Assembly (NCBI GenBank): GCA_951406725.2 | Contig: OX597833.1 | Location: 48,484,001 to 48,548,000, forward strand | DNA length: 64,000 nucleotides | Direction of reading: 5' to 3' | Source: Octopus vulgaris | Lineage: Eukaryota | Part shown: one piece after another, positions 38,681-52,804 of the stretch | Layout of the letters: every line of letters begins with the position of its first letter | How positions within the stretch are numbered: position 1 is the stretch's first letter | Notes under the pieces: model-generated | Database searches by the model: none | The model's input: the letters and a program-made list of their open reading frames with translations, nothing else | What the model was told of the DNA's origin: nothing | Translations under genes and position numbers: made by a program

Positions 38681-38887
38681 TCTATACCCTACCTTTTGCT
38701 TTCGTTATATTTCATTTCTTCTCCTTCTCCTTCTTCTTCTTCTTCTTCTTCTTCTTCTTCTTCTTCTTCTCCTCCTCCTTCTTCTATTGCTGTTTCCCCG
38801 CTTTCAAACTATTTCCTTCTACCCACCCCTCCCTCCCTCCGTTTTTTAATTCCTGCTTTACCAATTTATCAAATTCATTATTTCTAG

Positions 38888-39051
38888 GAAGCAAAGCGGT
38901 TTTCTAACATTGACAAATCCTGGGTCAAGATAATGAACCGAGCCCATGAAATTCCCAATGTCGTTCGTTGCTGTGTTGGTGATGACACTCTAATTCAGTT
39001 GCTGCCACATTTGTTGGAGCAACTTGAATTATGTCAGAAATCCTTGACTGG
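38888..39051 (+). CDS. DNAH5: Dynein heavy chain, exon 9 in window (absent from ORF track on this strand)
   Basis: ttctag|GAA; [54 protein letters not shown](G); donor GG|gtttgt. Confidence 0.95.
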
Positions 39052-39378
39052 GTTTGTATATCAAATAATTTCATTGTCAACTGTAATTGTGGGTGTAGAT
39101 GAGTAATTAACTGTATGTGCATATCTGGTGAAAATTTGGTTTTTGTGTAGGCATTAGTTTACTTACTTATATCAGTTTCATTATTTGATCCTGTTACGAA
39201 GGTGGTGAGCTGGCAGGGTCATTACTGTGTATGTACCATCATCATGATCATCATCACCATCATCATCGTCGTCACCATCATCATCATCATCACCATCATC
39301 ATCACCACCACCACCAACACCACCATCATCATCATTATCATCATCACCATCATCGTCGTCGTCATCATCATCATCACC

Positions 39379-39410
<32 letters not shown>

Positions 39411-39923
39411 TATCATCACCATCATCGTCGTCATCATCATCATCATCATCATCATCATTATCATCATCACCATCATCATCGCCGTCATCGTAGTCATCAT
39501 CATCATCATTATCATATATATATATATGATGGACTTCTTTTAGTTTTTGTCTACCAAATCCACTCACAAGGCATTTGTAGGGCCTGAGGCTATAGTAGAA
39601 GACATTTGCCCAAGTTACCATGCAGTGGGGCTGAACCCGAAACCGTGTGGCTGGAAAGCAAGCTTTTTACTACACAGCCATACTTGGGCCTATATGTACA
39701 CATATATATGCATATATATATATATATATGATGGACTTCTTTTGGTTTTTGTCTACCAAATCCACTCACAAGGCTTTTTGTAGGGCCTGAGGCTATAGTA
39801 GAAGACATTTGTACAAAGTGCCATGCAGTGGGACTGAACCAAGAACTATGTAGTTGAGAAGCAAGCTCCTTACCACCCAGCCATTATATCATCATCATCA
39901 CCATCACCATCATCATCATCACC

Positions 39924-39955
<32 letters not shown>

Positions 39956-40051
39956 CATCATCATAACCATCATCATCATCATCATCATCGTCGTCGTCAT
40001 CATCAAAACCATCATCATCGTCGTTGTCATCATCATAACCATCATCATCAC

Positions 40052-40082
<31 letters not shown>

Positions 40083-42610
40083 GTCGTCATCATCATCATC
40101 ATCATCATCATTTAACATCTCCTTTTCCATACTTGCATGGTTTGGATGGAGTTTTCTGAGGTAGATTTTCTATAACCAGATGCCCTCCTCTAGTCTGTTT
40201 CCATATAAGGTAATATGACCAGTTGTGTTTCGTGTTTCCACAGAATATTGGAAAGGAATGACACTGATCGTATGACAATGATTCTCATTAGCAACTATCC
40301 CATGAAGTCATGACAGAGAGACACACAGACATACACGCACACACACACACACACACACATACACACATGTAGAAAACGTTTGAAGAATACTTCATATTTG
40401 AATTTTGGTTCTCAAGATTCTTAATGGGAATTTGCGTGCTGAAACAAATTTTGTTGCGCCGGGAGTGTTTTCTTTTTGATGGTTTTAGGGCGTTAACTGG
40501 TTAACTGAAATGCACAATGTTCAGTAACATCGTGCATTTCAGGTTTTCCTGCTTCGTGTTCTGTGTTCCTAGATGCAACAAAATTCTGAAGAATATTTTA
40601 ATAAACAGCAAGACTTTACTTATAAACATGTCCAACCCATGCAAGATAGGAAAAGTGGATACTAAAACAATGAAAATTATGATGACAACAACAACGATCA
40701 CACACACACACACATGTACTGATATACACACACAGCGATGTATGCATACACATATATAAATGTGTGTGTGCGCGTGTGTGTGTGTGTGTGGATGTGTGTG
40801 TGTCTGTATGAATGTTTACTTTGTGCAATTTGCATGAAAAACAGTGGAATTAAAAACAGTAGGTGTAGGAGTGGCTGTGTGGTAAGTAGCTTGCTTACCA
40901 ACCACATGGTTTCGGGTTCAGTCCCACTGCGTGGCACCTTGGGCAAGTGTCTTCTACTATAGCCTCGGGCCGACCAAAGCCTTGTCAGTGGGTTTAGTAG
41001 ACGGAAACTGAAAGAAGCCAGTCGTATATATGTATATATATATATATATCTATATATATATATATGTATGTGTGTATACGTTTGTGTGTCTGTGTTTGTC
41101 CCCTCAACATCGCTTGACAACTGATGCTGGTGTGCTACATCCCCGTAACTTGTGATGGAGAAGTTTTTTGATAAATTTTTATTGGTTAAATTTAGGGTTA
41201 TGTTATTTTTCATGCATGTATAAAAATATACAACAGGAGCATATATTTTTATACATGTGTTTATACATACTTTTTTTATAACGCCCCACTTTCACGTAAT
41301 AATATATTACAAAATATTCATGTCTGAACAAAATTAAAGAAATATTTATCAACACACAGCCTCACAAACTCTGCTTCAATAAAACACGTTGATTAAGAGT
41401 TTTGGCGATCATTGACAGAGCGGCTAACCGGCTTCCGTACCAGTGGTACATTAAAGAGCACCATTCAAGTGTGATTGTTACCAGCGTCGCTTTACTGGCA
41501 CTTGTGCCCATGCTAATAAGGTGCCAAGAGCACCATCCAAGTGTGATCGTTACCAGAGCAGCCAACTGGCTTCCGTACCAGTGGAACGTAAAAGGGCACC
41601 ATTCGAGCATGATTGTTACCAAAGTTGCCTTACTGGCACCTGTGCTAGGAGCATGTGTAAAAGGATTCGAGCGAGGTCGTTGCCAGTACCACCTGACTGG
41701 CCCTTGTGCCGGTGGCATGTAAAAAGCACCCACTACACTCCGGAGTGGTCGGTGAAGGGCATCCAGCTATAGAAACTCTGCCAAATCAAGATTGGAGTAC
41801 CACCTGACTGGCCCTTGTGCCAGTGGCACGTAAAAGCACCCACTACACTCTCGGAGTGGTTGGCGTTGGGAATGGCATCCAGCTGTAGAAACTCTGCCAG
41901 ATCAGATTGGAGCCTGGTGCAGCCATCTGGTTCGCCAGCCCTCAGTCAAAATCGTCCGACCCATGCTAGCATGGAAAGCGGACGTTAAACGATGATGATG
42001 ATGATGATGAAGACTGAGACCTTTACATCAACCCACATCCTTGTGAACATCAAAGCACAAGGTAAAGAAATTTCTATATAAACAACAGCATGACATACCC
42101 CACCTTCCAAATACAAACAAAATATACCTTAACTAGCAACAACAAATAAACAACTGACCCGCTAAAACATACCACGTATTTACCTTCTTTTGTGAACCCT
42201 TAAAAATTTCCATTACAAATCTGTTGACACACCTAATTACTAAGTTTTTAAATACTGGACTAAACTTGGCCCCTTTGACATTTACATCGTCAGAGCAAAA
42301 AATTAAATCCAATAAACTAGAAAATAACTAGATATATCATATATCTGGCATATCGTATATCTATCTAAAACTTTCCATTAGGAAAATAACACCCAATAAC
42401 TAAATTTAAATACAGAATGAAACTTTGAATATTTGACTTTACATTGTAAAAACAAAGGATTAAATCCAAAAAAGCTAAGAATAGCACACCCTATACCTAC
42501 CTACATCCTTTTTTGTGCACTCCTAAAAACAATCTGATGACTTGAAAGAGACACGCCTAAATGTTTACAAAACTCTACATGCATGAATAACTTCTAAGTA
42601 ATAACATAAC

Positions 42611-43116
42611 CCCGAGTATAGTTCACCCTTGAGTATAATACGCAGGGGATTTTTAGGGGGCTGTACCTCTGAAAAACCTAAACCTTATGTATAATATGCA
42701 TCCCTTCTCTAACTTGAGTCAAGGAGGGCTATATAACGTCCTTGGTTTGTAAAAATGCATACGGGTACGTCCTTTATTATTATTGTATATATAACATAAT
42801 GCAAACGTGTAACTTTTATATGCATTTTGTTTGCAGAAAATAAAGAAATAACAGTAATAACGTTTAATAAATGTTGCTTATTGCAAGTTATGGACGATCC
42901 TTTTATGACTTCATTGCTTTCAGGTTTAGCTTAAGGTATTTTCGCGCCCGACATCATCAAAATGTGTCTGAATAAACATTGCCAGACAGCAAATAGAGAC
43001 TCGGACATTGCTTAGAAAATAATTTTCATTTTTAACCTCGTATATTGTACGCACTAAGGATTTTGACCTTTAAATTTTGGGGAAAAAATGCGGATTATAC
43101 ACGAGGATTTACGGTA
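42611..43116. mobile_element. Tc1/pogo-like non-autonomous element; partial inverted copy at ~22515-22638
   Basis: Terminus ...tatacacgaggatttacggta; shared internal ggggctgtacctctgaaaaacctaaacctt. Confidence 0.55.
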
Positions 43117-43244
43117 TTTCTCCAAAATATACCTCCATCACAACCTGATCTACAACCTAATTACTGCTCCACTCAGACCCACTCACCCAATGAAGATTTT
43201 ATTGTATGAGAGATTATATAAAGCCAAGATTAATGTAAATGTAC

Positions 43245-43292
43245 GACAGTCCGATGATGGCTTCACTGGCCAAAAACTTCAAAGTCACTATC
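43245..43292 (+). ncRNA. Degenerate type I hammerhead-like motif followed by AATAAA
   Basis: GACAGU-CCGAUGA-UGGC-UUCACUG-GCCA-AAAA-CUU-CA-AAG-UC^-ACUAUC; three stems pair, core has U4C and G12A; AATAAA at 43314. Confidence 0.45.
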
Positions 43293-43492
43293 AACGATAT
43301 TCTTGTTTAGAACAATAAATTTGTACTCTACAAAGGTATAGAATAATCCATCAGATTAATGTAAAATCGTTTTTATTATAACTAAATGTAAAAACAAACA
43401 TTAATATAGATATACATATACTTAGGTGGTGAGCTGGCACATGGTCCTGGATTCATGGTTTTGGGTTCAGTCTCACTGTGGGCATACATTGT

Positions 43493-43564
<72 letters not shown>

Positions 43565-43870
43565 TGACAGGCTTCTTTCAGTTTCCACTTACCAAGTTGA
43601 CTCTCAAGGACTTGGTTGCCCTGGGGGTTGATAAAAGGTAGCAAGTTCAGGAGTAGGGAGCTTAATTCAATTATATTGCCCCCAGTGTTTAACTGGTACA
43701 TATTTTATTGACCCTGAAAGAATCAAAGGTAAATTTGACCTCAGTGGAACTTGAACCCAGAATGAAAAGTCAGATGAAATACCACAAGGCATTTTGCCTG
43801 GTATGCTAACAATTCTACCAGCTCACTAACTTGACCTTTGCCACCAAATACTAAAATGAGGAATACATAC

Positions 43871-43959
<89 letters not shown>

Positions 43960-44653
43960 GTATATATACTCTTTACTCTTTTACTTGTTTCAGTCATTTG
44001 ACTCCGGCCATGCTGGAGCACCGCCTTTAGTCGAGCAAATCGACCCCAGGAATTATTCTTTGTAAGCCCGGTACTTATTCTATCAGTCTCTTTTGCCGAA
44101 CTGCTAAGTGATGGGGACGTAAACACACCAGCATCAGTTGTCAAACAATGCTAGGGGGACAAACACAGACACACAAACACATACACATATATATATACAT
44201 ATATAAGACGGGCTTCTTTCAGTTTCCGTCTACCAAATCCACTCACAAGGCTTTGGTTGGCCCGATGCTATAGTAGAAGACACTTGCCCAAGGTGCCAAG
44301 CAGTGGGACTGAACCCGGAACCATGTGGTTGGCAAGCAAGCTACTTACCACACAGCCACTCCTATATACATATATATATTTCAGTATGAGTAAATGTTGA
44401 TACAGGGTATACATGACTTGTGTGTGTGTTTCATGGTTGATTACTTATACGATGTGTTGTGTGGTCATTGACAGAAATAGGTATGACTGAATTTTTCAAG
44501 GTAGAGCAGGTGTGAAATTCAATATCTAAATCATTGAGCTACAATAACAAAATAGAAATTATTTGCTTTGTGAACACATTTTTATGTGAAAAATTGAATA
44601 TAAACCTTGTAGACAACTGAAATCTGGTTAAGAGGCACTTTGTAGAGTCTTGT

Positions 44654-45874
<1,221 letters not shown>

Positions 45875-47376
45875 TGGGAAACAAGGATTAGAATCGAAGG
45901 GCCTCAGAGTCAATCTAGCTAAAACCAAAGTCGTAATCAGTAGGAAGGTAGACAAATCACAATCACAAACACCTTCAGGTAGATGGCCCTGCTCGATCTG
46001 TAGAAAAGGTGTAGGTAGAAACTCTATAAGATGCACCAAGTGTAAGCTATGGACACATAAGAGATGCAGCAATGTCAAAGGAAGGCTAACTAGGAAGATG
46101 GTTTTTGTATGTGGCAGATGCTCAGGAACAATAAACACTGAAAATGCTCTGAGACCAACTTCCGTCACTTTCTAGGGAGAAAAACTAGAAATAGTTGATA
46201 GTTTCCGTTACCTAGGTGACCAAGTCAGCAGCGGGGGTGGGTGTGCTGAAAGTGTAACTGCTAGAGTAAGAATAGCTTGGGCAAAGTTCAGAGAGCTCTT
46301 ACCTCTGCTGGTGACAAAAGGCCTCTCGCACAGAGTGAAAGGCAGACTGTATGATGCGTGTGTACGAACAGCCATGTTACATGGCAGTGAAACATGGGCC
46401 GTGACTGCTGAGGATATGTGTAAGCTCGCTAGAAATGAAGCCAGTATGCTCCGATGGATGTGTAATGCCGGTACTCACACTCGGCAGAGTGTAAGTACCT
46501 TGAGAGAAAAGCTGGACCTAAGAAGCATCAGTTGTGGTGTGCAAGAGAGACGTTTGCGCTGGTATGGTCATGTGGCGAGAATGGATGAAGATAGTTGTGT
46601 GAAAAAGTGCCACACCCTAGCGGTTGAGGGAACCTGTGGAAGAGGCAGACCCAGGAAAACCTGGGACGAGGTGGTGAAGCACGACCTTCGAACTTTAGGT
46701 CCCACTGAGGAAATGACTAGAGACCGAGACCTCTGGAAGTGTGCTGTGCGCGAGAAGACCTGGCAGGACAAGTGAGTCCATAACCCGTGGCCTTCTACAT
46801 GGGATGGAGCCAGCCTACGTATGCATACCTTCCCTTCTTGGGACACAAAACTCTACTTGTGAAGACGTGTTGAGGCAAGTGAGGATCAGAATCGAAATCG
46901 ATCAATGGAAATTGCGGATGTGTTACCAGTGCCGGTGGCATGTCGAAACTCTACTTGTGAAGACCCGTTGAGGCAAGTGAGGATCAGAATCGAAATCGAT
47001 CAATGGAAATTGCAGATGTGTTACCAGTGCCGGTGGCATGTAAGAGAACTTTCCGTTTCGCGACCGTTGCCAGCACCGCCCCGTTTCGTGTCCGTTGCCA
47101 GCCTCGCCTGGCCCTCGTGCCGGTGGCACATAAAAAGCACCATCCGTTCGTGGCCGTTTGCCAGCTCTGTCTGGCACCAGTGCGGGTGGCACGTAAAAAG
47201 CACCCACTACACTCTCGGAGTGGTTGGCGTTAGGAAGGGCATCCAGCCATAGAAACACTGCCAGATTTGACTGGGCCTGATGAAGCCTTCTGGCTTCACA
47301 GACCCCAGTAGAACGGACGCTCCAACCCATGCTAGCATGGAAAACGGACGCTAAACGATGATGATGATGATGATGA
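45875..47376 (+). mobile_element. 5'-truncated RTE-clade LINE (RT C-terminal half, 3' UTR, (GAT)n tail) inserted in (TA)n
   Basis: [11 protein letters not shown]...EIVDSFRYLG...KGRLYDACVRTAMLHGSETW...RRLRWYGHVARM...GRGRPRKTWDEVV; in-frame stop at 46173; ORF ends at 46775; ends ctaaacgatgatgatg. Confidence 0.9.
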
Positions 47377-47396
47377 TATATATATATATATATATA

Positions 47397-47761
<365 letters not shown>

Positions 47762-47787
47762 CATATGTGTGTGTGACAATTATCTGG

Positions 47788-47862
47788 TAGCCATGATAAA
47801 ACTCCGAGTTTCGCATGTTGGGGCAGAAAATCCACACTGGCATCTCTTCAGTTACCTGGCCA
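47788..47862 (-). ncRNA. Type I hammerhead ribozyme-like motif with intact core
   Basis: Minus strand: UGGCCAGGUAA-CUGAAGA-GAUG...CAUGC-GAAA-CUCGGAG-UU^-UUAUCAUGGCUA. Stem I GGUAA/UUAUC extended by GGCCA/UGGCU; stem III A-CUC/GAG-U; GUU cleavage triplet. Confidence 0.7.
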
Positions 47863-48654
47863 TCATAAAATATGCTATGAAAATGACCGTTAATACAATC
47901 ATTCTATTGTTCCCATCCCAGGTGGAATTACAATTGTTGGCCAAATTGTCCCAAAGTTCTTATCTCAATTTAAAATTAACGAAGCGAATGTGATTTATCT
48001 CCCACTTGATTTCTGACATCATCTGACAAATGCCAACCAAAATGGTGTGAATCAGCCAAGCTTTACCTGCTAGAAATAGCAACCCAAATGCTTTTAAACC
48101 AGATCCCAATGCTGGATGTTCAAGAACCAAATGAAGGGCAGATTTTCAATTCCAGGATCATCCTGATTCCAAAAAGGTATAATATGTCTACATAGACTGA
48201 GATTCAGGGGTCCCAGACAGACAAAATTTCACAGGAGTGACTGTGTGGTAAGTAGCTTGCTTACCAACCACATGGTTCCAGGTTCAGTCCAACTGGATGA
48301 CAGCTTGGCCAAGTGTCTTCCTACTATAGCCTCAGGCCGACCAAAGCCTTGTGAGTGGATTTCGTAGACGGAAACTGGAAGAAGGCCATCGTATATATGT
48401 GTATATATGTATGTGTGTATACGTTTGTGTGTCTGTGTTTGTCCCCCCACCATTGCTTGACAACCGACGGTGGTGTGTTTATGTCCCCGTCACTTAGCGG
48501 TTCAGCATAATAGACTGATAGAATAAGTACTAAGCTTACAAAGAATAAGTCCTGGGGTCGATTTGCTCGACTAAAAGGCAGTGCTCCAGCATGGCCGCAG
48601 TCAAATGACTGAAACAAGAAAAAGAGTAAAAGAGTATATTATTATAGATATTTT

Positions 48655-49350
48655 CTGTGGTAGCAAGCTGGCAGAATTCTTAGCAAGACAAACAAAATTT
48701 GAAATGGCATTTCGTCTGTCTTTATGTTCTGAGTTCAAATTTGGCCAAGGTCAACTTTACCATTTATCCTTTCAGGGTTGATAAAATAAGTACCAGCTGA
48801 TCATTGGGGGGTTGATGTAATTGTTTAGCCCTTCCCACCAAATTTTAGACCTTATCCTTATAGTAGAAAGGATTATTAATATTCTGTTTAAGGTAAGGTG
48901 ACAAACTAGCAGAATCATTAGAATGCCAGGCGAAATGCTTAGCAGTATTTCGTCTGTCTTTACGTTCTGAGTTCAAATTCTGCTGAGGTCGACTTTACCT
49001 TTAATCCTTTTGAGGGTGATAAATTAGGTACCAGTTGCATACTGGGGTCGATCTAATCAACTGGTCCCCTCCCCCAAAATCTCAGGCCTTGTGCCTAGAG
49101 TAGAAAAGAATATTCTGTTTAAGGTAAGGCGGTAAACTGGCAGAATCATTAGAATGCCAGGCAAAATGCTTAGCAGTATTTCGTCTGTCTTTACGTTCTG
49201 AGTTCAAATTCTGCTGAGGTCGACTTTACCTTTAATCATTTCGGATGTAATAAATTAGGTACCAGTTGCATACTGGGTCGATCTAATCAACTGGTCCCCT
49301 CCCCCAAAATCTCAGGCCTTGTGCCTAGAGTAGAAAAGAATATTCTGTTT
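48655..49350 (+). mobile_element. Tandem array of three SINE family B variants (~230-nt period)
   Basis: gcagaatcattagaatgccaggc...agtagaaaagaatattctgtttaagg unit repeated. Confidence 0.75.
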
Positions 49351-49744
49351 TAGGTGTTGACCTGGCAAATTCACTAGCATATCCAAACAAACTGTTTATT
49401 GGTATTTCTTTTGGGTCTTTACATTCCGAGTTCAAATTCTGTTGAGGTTACCTTTACCTTTTTTCCTTCCTGGCTTGATAAAATAAAATACCAATCAAGT
49501 ACAGGTGTTGAAGCAATTTACTTTCACCTACCTTTCAAAATTTCTAGCTTTGTGCCAAAATTAGAAAGAATTATAAATTCTCTCAGTAAAATTCCATTAC
49601 CTGCTTGTACATATGTTCTTTTTTGGGGGTTTTTTTTGCACCAACTTAGTGTAGACTATGAAGTTTAGTATCTTCCTGTTTACTTGTTGCTTGTCTGTCA
49701 ATTTGATTGGAGCAGGAACTGCCCTGTTTTGGCAGCTGTCTAGA

Positions 49745-49960
49745 TACATTTTAATAGACAAAACTTTAATATTTAAATGCACGATGTACTTTTAATGTGC
49801 ATATTATGTATATATATACATTTTAATAGACAAAACTTTAATATTTAAATGTGCGATGTACTTTTAATGTGCATATTATGTATATATATATACATTTTGA
49901 TAGACAAAACTTTAATATTTAAATGTACCATGTACTTTTAATGTGCATATTATATATATG

Positions 49961-50000
<40 letters not shown>

Positions 50001-50221
50001 GTATATATATTTACATATGTATATATACATTTTAATAGACAAAACTTTAATATTTAAATGTACCATGTACTTTTAATGTGCATATTATATATGTGTATTT
50101 ATATATATATATATATATATACATATGTATATATATTTACATATGTATATATACATTTTAATAGACAAAACTTTAATATTTAAATGTACCATGTACTTTT
50201 AATGTGCATATTATATATGTG

Positions 50222-50269
<48 letters not shown>

Positions 50270-50600
50270 CATATGTATATATACATTTTAATAGACAAAA
50301 CTTTAATATTTAAATGTACCATGTACTTTTAATGTGCATATTATATATGTATATCTATATATATATATTTCCATGTCTAGTTATATTTGCAATATATTAT
50401 GTATAATGTCATTGCTGTTATGTAATGGTTTAATAAAGTATTGATTGGGTATTATTTGATGGTTGATGATTGATTTAGGTATGTTTCTCCATTTTCTCAT
50501 TTTGTATATATATATATATATGTATACACACATATATATATATACATTTTAATAGACAAAACTTTAATATTTAAATGTACCATGTACTTTTAATGTGCAG
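49745..50600. repeat. Minisatellite: ~60-nt core (tacattttaatagacaaaactttaatatttaaatgtaccatgtacttttaatgtgca) x7 with variable (TA)n spacers
   Basis: Six tandem copies 49745-50345 and a seventh at ~50542-50600. Confidence 0.9.
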
Positions 50601-50999
50601 GTTATAATATTTCTTTTGCTTGCATTTTCCCATGTAATTTGTATCTGTATTTGTCCCCCACCATCACTTGACAACTGGTGTTGGTGTGTTTACGTCCCCG
50701 TAACTTAGCAGTTCGGCAAAAAAAGACCAATAGCCTAAGCACCAGGCTTACCAAGAATAAGTCCTGGTTTCAATTTGGTTAACTAAAACCTTTTAAAGTG
50801 GTGATCCAGCATGGCCACAGTCAAATGACTGAAACATGTAAAAGAATAAAAGTAAAAGGGCAATGACCAGAATCTACATCAATTACTCCTGTCCATTCTT
50901 GTATAATGTGAGGCTACATGCAGTCCTCTGGTCCATCTGATCCTATGAGATCATCCATGGACATGCAAGCATGGTAGACAAGCATAAAAAAAAAAAAAA

Positions 51000-51013
51000 T
51001 GATGATGGTGACT

Positions 51014-51046
<33 letters not shown>

Positions 51047-51322
51047 GTGATGATGACGATGACGATGATGGTGGTGATGATGATGATGACGATGATGATG
51101 ACGATGATGATGATGACGATGCTGATGGTGATGATAATGATGATGACGACAATGATGGTGATGATGATGATGATGATGATGATGATAACGACAACGACGA
51201 CGATGGTGATGATGATGATGATGATGATGGTGATGACGATGACGATGGTGATGATGATGATGATGGTGATGACGATGACGATGGTGATGATGATAATTAT
51301 GATGATGATGATGATAATAATG

Positions 51323-51354
<32 letters not shown>

Positions 51355-51355
51355 G
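51000..51355. repeat. (GAT)n compound trinucleotide tract; (CAT)n/(GGT)n tracts also at 10815-11080, 39235-39510, 39887-40110, 55388-55580
   Basis: Direct reading. Confidence 0.95.
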
Positions 51356-51377
51356 TCTTTTTCTTTTCCAATTTCAG

Positions 51378-51585
51378 TTATTTAGAGAAGAAGAGGCTGC
51401 TTTTCCCTCGCTTTTTCTTTGTGTCTGATCCGGCCTTATTGGAAATTCTTGGTCAAGCCAGTGACTGCCACACCATCCAGGCTCACCTTCTCAGTGTCTT
51501 CGATAACATAAAGCTGGTGAAATTTCATGAAAAGCAATATGAAACAATACTATCTGTGGAATCAGGTGAAGGAGAATGTATGGAA
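51378..51585 (+). CDS. DNAH5: Dynein heavy chain, exon 10 in window
   Basis: tttcag|T; [44 protein letters not shown]...ESGEGECME; donor |gtaagt. Confidence 0.95.
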
Positions 51586-52223
51586 GTAAGTAAAGGCTAT
51601 AATATTAATTCCTTTTTACCTCCGCCTAGGGAGGAGGTTATGTTTTCGTTTTCATCGGCGTTGGTTTGTCCGTCTGTCTGTCTGTGTGCAAAATAACTCA
51701 AAACGTTGTGAATGGTATTTGATGAAACTTGTAGGAAATGTTGGTAATGACACAAGGAACAGATCATCAATTTTGGTAGTGATCTAAGAATTTTTATGAA
51801 TTCCTGAAGGATTTTTCTTTTGTTATATTTACCTTACATGATACTCTAACCCAGTGCTTTTCAAACTTTTTGCTGGAGCGGAACCCCAAGGAAACATTCC
51901 ACTGACTCGAGGAACCCCTGTGCAATAATTTAATAGTCTTATGCACACATATCTGCACAGGAGACTTCTTGTGGAACCCCTGGACTGTACTGGCGGAACC
52001 CTAAGGTTCCGTGGAACCCTGGTTGAAAACCACTGCTCTTAACACTGAACTGAATAAAGATTGCTTAAATTATAGGTTTTGTTTTACCTGCCCTGTCGCT
52101 GCGATTCATCATGTTTTAACATTTATTTGTCTTCTTAAAACAAAATATCTATAAAACTACTAAGAATATGTTATTGGTATATATTTTATTAATCTGAAAT
52201 ATGAATAACAAAATCAGTCCAGA

Positions 52224-52239
<16 letters not shown>

Positions 52240-52260
<21 letters not shown>

Positions 52261-52432
52261 GAGACACACACATATACAAACATGCACAAACCACACACAC
52301 ACACACACACAAACCACACACACAAACACAGAAACCACACACACTCACACACAAACCACACACACACACACACACAAACCACACACACACACACACACAA
52401 ACACAGAAACCACACACACTCACACACAAACC

Positions 52433-52467
<35 letters not shown>

Positions 52468-52610
52468 AACCACACACAAACCACACACACAAACCACACT
52501 CACACACTCACACATAAACCACACGCACAAACCACACACTCACACAAACAACACACACACACTCACACACAAACCACACACACACAAACCACACACACAA
52601 ACCACACACA
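52240..52610. repeat. Compound (CA)n tract; (TG)n counterpart at 61310-61690; (TATG)n/(TA)n at 9993-10330 and 28390-28600
   Basis: Direct reading. Confidence 0.9.
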
Positions 52611-52804
52611 CCAATCATTACATCAATTTTCATAAAGAGAACAACTAATTCAGAGGAGAGGGGAAATTTCTTATTTACAGTTTATAGCAAAACTGAACCA
52701 CAAATGGATACACTAAACGATTAGAGAATTCTATAATCTGTGCCCGCTCCTGGCAAATCTTCTCTAATTCTTTCCACCGCTTTAGGTCCACCACCTTGCA
52801 TATA

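Noticed and set aside
39181-40159. Poly-His, poly-Asp and poly-Met ORFs
   Set aside because: (CAT)n microsatellites, partly expanded LINE tails; intronic.
47277-47300. CTGATGAAGCC...GGCTTCA here and at 60681
   Set aside because: A simple hairpin variant of the RTE 3' UTR (other copies read ctggtgcagcc); no GAAA or stem III.
49745-50345. CRISPR-like repeat/spacer appearance (also the tandem SINE B arrays)
   Set aside because: Eukaryotic intron; the spacers are microsatellite rather than unique sequence, the repeats are too long, and no cas genes are present.
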